A stretch of DNA of 64,000 bases, taken from contig JAUNVT010000001.1 of the NCBI GenBank assembly GCA_030540655.1, positions 1,815 through 65,814 on the forward strand. Reading direction: 5' to 3'. This DNA is from Rhodobacterales bacterium (GTDB lineage Bacteria; Pseudomonadota; Alphaproteobacteria; Rhodobacterales; Rhodobacteraceae). The position numbers were made by a program, and so were the translations under genes. Numbering within the stretch: the first letter of the stretch is position 1; the number at the start of each line of letters is the position of its first letter. Shown piece after piece: positions 59,230-64,000 of the stretch. A model generated the notes under the pieces. That model had not been told where the DNA came from, ran no database searches, and saw only the letters and a program-made list of their open reading frames with translations.

Positions 59230-60879
59230 TTACATATTCGGATAATTCGGCCCATCCCCGCCCTGCGGCGTTGTCCAGACAATGTTCTGCGCCGGATCCT
59301 TGATGTCGCAGGTCTTGCAATGCACGCAGTTCTGAAAGTTGATCTGAAAGCGCGGCGCTTTGCCGTCTTCCTCGATGAACTCATACACCCCGGCCGGGCA
59401 ATAGCGCGCGGAAGGCCCGGCATATTTGGGCAAGTTGAAATCTACCGGAATGTCTGGATCTTTCAGTTTCAGATGCGCCGGCTGCGATTCCTCGTGGTTC
59501 GTCATCGAGAAACTGACATTGGTCAGCCGGTCAAAGCTGATCTTGCCATCCGGTTTGGGGTAGTCGATCGGCTTATGACGGGCCGCAAGTTCGGTCGCCT
59601 CGGCGTCCGTCTTGCCGTGCACCATCGTACCAAGCAGCGAAAAGCCGAAACTGTTGGTCCACATATCCATCCCGCCCAAGGCGAGCGACGTGGTCAGTCC
59701 GAATTTCGACCAGAGCGGCTTGACGTTGCGCACCTTCTTCAGATCCTTGCCGATGGCCCCCTCGCGCACGGCGGTCTCGTAATCCGGCAACTCATCGCCT
59801 TGGCGGCCCGCCTTGATCGCGTCATGCGCGGCCTCGGCGGCGGCCATGCCGGAAAGCATCGCGTTATGATTGCCCTTGATACGCGGCACGTTCACCATCC
59901 CGACCGAGCATCCGAGCAGCGCCACGCCGGGCGCGACCATCTTGGGCATGGACTGATAGCCACCTTCGCTGATCGCGCGCGCGCCATAGGCCACCCGCTT
60001 GCCGCCCTTGAGCAGTTCGGCCACCATCGGGTGATGCTTGAACCGCTGAAATTCCATATAAGGGTAAAGGTAGGGGTTCTTGTAGTTCAGGTGGACGACG
60101 AAGCCGACATAGACCTGATTGTTGTCCAGATGGTAAATGAAGGAGCCGCCCCCGGCATTCTTGCCCAGCGGCCAGCCCATCGTATGAACCACGCGCCCTT
60201 CATGATGCTTGTCCGGGTCAACCTCCCAGATCTCCTTCATGCCGAGGCCAAATTTTTGCGGCTCATGCCCGGCGGAGAGATCGAATTTCTCCATCACCTG
60301 CTTGGCCAGCGATCCGCGCACACCTTCGCCAAGGAACACGTATTTGCCGTGCAGCTCCATCCCCGGTTCGTAATTGGGGCCTTCAGAGCCATCGGAGTTG
60401 CGGCCAAACTCACCCGCGACGACGCCCTTTACGCTGCCATCCTCGCCATAGACGATTTCCGAGCAGGCCATGCCGGGAAAGACTTCGACTCCCAAGGCTT
60501 CGGCCTGCTCGGCCAGCCAGCGGCAGACATTGCCCATCGACACGATATAATTGCCGTGATTGTTCATCAGCGGCGGCATGGGGAAGTTCGGCACGCGCAC
60601 CTGCCCGCCTTCGCCCAGAATATAAAACTTGTCCTGCGTCACCGGAACCGTGACTGGCGCGTCCTTTTCCTTCCAGTCGGGGATCAGAAGGTTCAGCCCT
60701 ACCGGATCCAGAACCGCCCCTGACAGGATATGCGCGCCGACTTCGCTGCCCTTTTCCAGCAGCACAACCTCAAGATCTGGGTCCAGCTGCTTGAGCCTGA
60801 TCGCGGCGCTCAGCCCCGCGGGGCCGGCGCCTACGATCACCACATCGTATTCCATCGTCTCGCGCGTTGTCTGGGACAT
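59230..60879 (-). CDS. Electron-transfer flavoprotein:ubiquinone oxidoreductase
   Basis: YDVVIVGAGPAGLSAAIRL and the C-terminal 4Fe-4S region CPAGVYEF..NCVHCKTCDIKDP. The start was trimmed to MSQTTRETMEYD. Confidence 0.93.
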   Translation of the reverse strand: MSQTTRETMEYDVVIVGAGPAGLSAAIRLKQLDPDLEVVLLEKGSEVGAHILSGAVLDPVGLNLLIPDWKEKDAPVTVPVTQDKFYILGEGGQVRVPNFPMPPLMNNHGNYIVSMGNVCRWLAEQAEALGVEVFPGMACSEIVYGEDGSVKGVVAGEFGRNSDGSEGPNYEPGMELHGKYVFLGEGVRGSLAKQVMEKFDLSAGHEPQKFGLGMKEIWEVDPDKHHEGRVVHTMGWPLGKNAGGGSFIYHLDNNQVYVGFVVHLNYKNPYLYPYMEFQRFKHHPMVAELLKGGKRVAYGARAISEGGYQSMPKMVAPGVALLGCSVGMVNVPRIKGNHNAMLSGMAAAEAAHDAIKAGRQGDELPDYETAVREGAIGKDLKKVRNVKPLWSKFGLTTSLALGGMDMWTNSFGFSLLGTMVHGKTDAEATELAARHKPIDYPKPDGKISFDRLTNVSFSMTNHEESQPAHLKLKDPDIPVDFNLPKYAGPSARYCPAGVYEFIEEDGKAPRFQINFQNCVHCKTCDIKDPAQNIVWTTPQGGDGPNYPNM

Positions 60880-61166
60880 CGGATCATCCTTTGAATGGCC
60901 GCACAGGGCTGGCAAATGCGGGCGGGCAGTACAGTCGCGCCCGTCCCTAGCGCGTGGGGGCGCCCGGCGTCAATTCAAACACACAGGCGTGCCGGATGGA
61001 AAACGACAATTTGTCACTGACAGCCGCACATATGACCGGGCTGTGATTGCGCGCATGCGGGGTATGGCCTATTGCAAGGCCGCGCGCCTTGGGGTCATGG
61101 TCGGGGCAATTGCAATTATTGATACGGCAGGCGGCAGGGACCGGTGCCGGGAACCGGGGGACGGAC

Positions 61167-61637
61167 ATGGAAAAGTTTCCGATGACACGCGCAGGCAATG
61201 ACGCCCTGAACGCAGAGCTGAAGCAGTTGAAATCAGTCGAACGCCCGGCGATCATCCGCGCGATTGCCGAGGCGCGCGAGCATGGCGATCTGTCCGAGAA
61301 TGCGGAATACCATTCGGCCCGTGAAAAACAGAGCTTTATCGAGGGCCGCATCAAGGAGTTGGAGGGCGCGCTGAGCCTTGCCGAAGTGATTGATCCGAAA
61401 AAACTGTCGGGCACGATCAAGTTCGGTGCGACTGTGACGCTGGTGGATGAGGATACCGAAGAAGAAAAGACCTGGCAGATTGTCGGTGAACATGAGGCAA
61501 ACATTGAAAAAGGTTTGCTGAATATCAAATCGCCGCTGGCCCGGGCGCTGATCGGCAAGGATGAGGGCGATAGTGTCGAAGTGCGGACACCCGGCGGGGA
61601 TCGCGTTTATGAAGTACTGAACATCAATTTTGTCTGA
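61167..61637 (+). CDS. greA: Transcription elongation factor GreA
   Basis: [44 protein letters not shown]. The start was trimmed from 61047. Confidence 0.93.
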   Translation: MEKFPMTRAGNDALNAELKQLKSVERPAIIRAIAEAREHGDLSENAEYHSAREKQSFIEGRIKELEGALSLAEVIDPKKLSGTIKFGATVTLVDEDTEEEKTWQIVGEHEANIEKGLLNIKSPLARALIGKDEGDSVEVRTPGGDRVYEVLNINFV

Positions 61638-61667
61638 CATGTGCAGCTTGGCGAGAGGGCAACGGAG

Positions 61668-62696
61668 ATGACCCCTGAAATGGGCAAGTTCAAGATCGGT
61701 ACTGGTGATGTCTCTCATACCTCGCAGGGGCCTGCGTCGTGGTCGGGGGCAGAAGGGGCTGCCCTGATCCTTTCCGGGGCTTGGCTGCTGGGCGCGACGT
61801 TATTCTTTGTAATGATGGGCGCAGACGGCAAGGAAGGCGCGGTTCTTTCGGGGATGGCGGTGATCCTGCCTGCTGCAGTCATCTGGGCGGCAACGGCTTC
61901 GGCCCGGCGCGCCCGCCTCATGCGGCAAGAGATCGAGCGGCTTCATGCAAAGATAGACAATTTTTTGCAGGCGCAGTCCGCTCAGCCCGGTGGTGCGCGA
62001 GCGAAGGGCACTGATGCATCTGTCGCGCGGAAGCTGGACGAGATTGCGGCTGCCCACCGCAGGATCGAAGCCGCGCTGGGGGTGTCTGCGTCTGCCCGCG
62101 AGGCTGCTCCACCTCGGCCACCGGTGCGCCAGCCCGCCAAACCTGCCAAGCCTGCGCCGCCCGCGCAAGCAGAGGACAGGCGGGTAGCCTTGCCGCCGGA
62201 TGCCCCGGCCGGTGATCAGGCGCAGCCGCTGGAGCGCGCTGATTTCATCCGAGCGCTGAATTTTCCTGAAAACGCAGGCGACAAGGCCGGGTTTGCGGCA
62301 TTGCGCCGCGCGCTGAAGGAACGCCCGACGGCGCAGATGATACAGGCGGCGCAGGATGTTCTGACCCTGCTCAGCCAGGACGGTATCTATATGGACGATC
62401 TGCGCCCGGATACGGCGCGGCCGGAGATCTGGCGCAACTTTGCGGGCGGCACGCGGGGCCGCGCCATCGCGGCGCTGGGGGGCATACAGGACGACTCATC
62501 GCTGACAATTGCGGGGGAGAGGATGAAAAACGATCCGATCTTCCGGGATGCGGCGCATCATTTCTTGCGGCGGTTCGACCAGATGTTCAGCAGCTTTGCC
62601 GAAACCGCAAACGATCACGATATCGCAGAACTGTCCGACACGCGCACGGCGCGTGCCTTCATGCTTCTGGGCAGGGTGGCCGGCACATTCGACTGA
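61668..62696 (+). CDS. Hypothetical membrane-anchored protein (two N-terminal helices, coiled coil, Pro/Ala-rich linker, C-terminal domain of about 150 aa)
   Basis: The ORF has high third-position GC and GGAG before the ATG at 61668. I recognise no family. Confidence 0.6.
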   Translation: MTPEMGKFKIGTGDVSHTSQGPASWSGAEGAALILSGAWLLGATLFFVMMGADGKEGAVLSGMAVILPAAVIWAATASARRARLMRQEIERLHAKIDNFLQAQSAQPGGARAKGTDASVARKLDEIAAAHRRIEAALGVSASAREAAPPRPPVRQPAKPAKPAPPAQAEDRRVALPPDAPAGDQAQPLERADFIRALNFPENAGDKAGFAALRRALKERPTAQMIQAAQDVLTLLSQDGIYMDDLRPDTARPEIWRNFAGGTRGRAIAALGGIQDDSSLTIAGERMKNDPIFRDAAHHFLRRFDQMFSSFAETANDHDIAELSDTRTARAFMLLGRVAGTFD

Positions 62697-62745
62697 GCGC
62701 ACCTGAACCGTCCCGGCCGGGGGGGGGCGGTCTTGCAGCCATGTC

Positions 62746-63591
62746 TCAGGCCTTTTCCGAGGCGATCCGCGACGTTTTGCGGGTCACGTGCAGCCTGCGC
62801 ACAAATGCCAAGACGAAGATCGCTGTCAGGACAAGGACGATGGTCGCGGCGGGCGAGCTGTCGAGGAAGAAGCTGGCATAGGTGCCAACCAGCATGGACA
62901 CCATGCAGATACCGACCGCCACGATCAGCATCTTGTCGAAGCTGCGCACGATAAGGAACGCGATTGCGCCCGGTGTCACCAGAAGCGCCACGGCGAGGAT
63001 CAGGCCGACCGAAGACAATGTTGACACGATGGTCAGCGACAGCGCACTTAAAAGCCCGTAATGCAGCACGTTCGTAGGCAGTCCCGATGCCTGCGCCTGC
63101 GCTGGATCGAAGGCGTGAAGCAGCAGATCCTTCCACTTCAGGATCAGCAGTGTCGTCACCAACAGGGCAATGAGGCCCGAGGTCCACAGATCGGCAGAGC
63201 CCACGCCCAGCATGTTGCCGAAGAGGATATGGTCCAGATGTTCGTTGGTGTGGATGGACGTATACATGATGATGCCGATGCCGAACATGCCCGAAAAGAC
63301 AACGCCCATCACTGTGTCCTGCTTGACCCGGCTGTTATGCGCCAGATATCCGGTAGCCAGCGCGCAGAGCATGCCTGCGCCAAATGCGCCGATGATGAGC
63401 GGCAGACCGAGAATCCAGGCAAGAACGATCCCGGGCAGGGTCGCGTGGCTGACCGCATCTCCCATCAGCGCCCAGCCTTTCAGCACCAGAAAACACGACA
63501 GCAATGCGGTGGGCGGCGCCACCAGAAGGCAAATCCAGAATGCATTCTGCATGAACGGGAACTGGAAGGGGTAAAGCATGGTTTCGATCAT
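62746..63591 (-). CDS. Metal (Mn/Fe/Zn-type) ABC transporter permease
   Basis: ABC-3 permease pattern LKGWALMGDAVSHATLPGIVLA..HLDHILFGNMLGV. Confidence 0.88.
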   Translation of the reverse strand: MIETMLYPFQFPFMQNAFWICLLVAPPTALLSCFLVLKGWALMGDAVSHATLPGIVLAWILGLPLIIGAFGAGMLCALATGYLAHNSRVKQDTVMGVVFSGMFGIGIIMYTSIHTNEHLDHILFGNMLGVGSADLWTSGLIALLVTTLLILKWKDLLLHAFDPAQAQASGLPTNVLHYGLLSALSLTIVSTLSSVGLILAVALLVTPGAIAFLIVRSFDKMLIVAVGICMVSMLVGTYASFFLDSSPAATIVLVLTAIFVLAFVRRLHVTRKTSRIASEKA

Positions 63592-64000
63592 GGGTTGACC
63601 TCTTCCTGAAGCATGTCGGGATTAGCCGCCAGGGCCTGTGCGGCCTTGCGGCGTGCCGCCAGCATCCCGTGTTTGGGGGCAAACACGAAGGCGGCGAGGA
63701 AGATCAGCGTCTGCAACGTGACGATCACGCCGCCGGTTGCCCCGTCGAGGAAATAGCTGGCATAGGCGCCGATGAAGCTGGTGATCGTCCCGATCAGCAC
63801 CGACACCACGATCAGACGGGGAAAACGATCGCAGAGAAGATAGGCTGTGGCGCCCGGTGTGACGACGAGCGCAATTACCAGAAACGCGCCGACGGTGATC
63901 ATTGCGGCGACAATCGCGGCAGCCAGCAAGGCGAAATATATCGCCTTTAGAAGATCGGGGCGCAAACCGATGGTGCGGGCATGGTTTTCGTCAAAGAAGG
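63588..64000 (-). CDS. Metal ABC transporter permease, C-terminal part (the gene continues beyond the right edge)
   Basis: The frame stays open to 64000 (..FFDENHARTIGLRPDLLKAIYFALL..). It is a paralogue of the downstream permease, with an ATGA overlap. Confidence 0.85.
   Translation of the reverse strand, partial: FFDENHARTIGLRPDLLKAIYFALLAAAIVAAMITVGAFLVIALVVTPGATAYLLCDRFPRLIVVSVLIGTITSFIGAYASYFLDGATGGVIVTLQTLIFLAAFVFAPKHGMLAARRKAAQALAANPDMLQEEVNP

Noticed and set aside
59170-60723. A 517-aa ORF antisense to the ETF-QO gene, with similar cases opposite soxB (9073..10545), phaA (52545..53951), ccoG (45726..46991) and ccoN/ccoO (40609..41682, 42007..43326)
   Set aside because: In every case the opposite strand encodes a protein with diagnostic motifs. 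The antisense translations are Arg/Ala/Gly/His-rich with no recognisable domains.

Overview
High-GC alphaproteobacterial core chromosome. The gene content and order (fnrL-usp-ccoNOQP, membrane-anchored cytochrome c, soxBDAG, yejABEF, phaAB) look Rhodobacteraceae-like. I call about 60 protein genes, one tRNA-Gly(UCC), and a small patch of dead insertion sequences at the left edge. Left to right: IS30/IS3 debris splitting a transporter gene; pyrD-DUF952-ygfZ; an orphan family-2 glycosyltransferase; tRNA-Gly; the sarcosine oxidase operon soxBDAG with a divergent GlxA/AraC regulator; dapA; slt; a DMT transporter; a split, divergent mnmC-like pair; an L,D-transpeptidase; an H-NS-like gene in an AT-rich island; yggS; leuS-lptE-holA; a GFA protein; a secreted 18-repeat MORN protein; nadE; a zincin plus cytoplasmic CpdB/UshA-like phosphoesterase; nudC; pheA; cycM; yejABEF; fnrL; usp; ccoNOQP; a LysR regulator; ccoGHIS; a DD-carboxypeptidase with SPOR domain; tag; phaA-phaB; two tiny DUF genes; ispB; TPR-ispE; ETF-QO; greA; a hypothetical membrane protein; and two metal ABC permeases. 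I found no CRISPR array, prophage, toxin-antitoxin pair or recognisable defence system, and no convincing candidate for a new multi-gene system. This reads as an ordinary housekeeping region. The points worth a second look are small: three perfect FNR boxes; several perfect palindromes in unusually AT-rich intergenic DNA that share a TCAATT/AATTGA core; a 20-bp palindrome inside the sox operon; a palindrome over the lysR ribosome-binding site; a roughly 550-bp orphan gap between ccoP and lysR; the split mnmC arrangement; and the MORN protein. Many long ORFs in the track are antisense shadows typical of high-GC DNA. Many ORF-track starts are upstream extensions, and I trimmed them using homology, overlaps and terminators. 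All coordinates and counts were done by eye.
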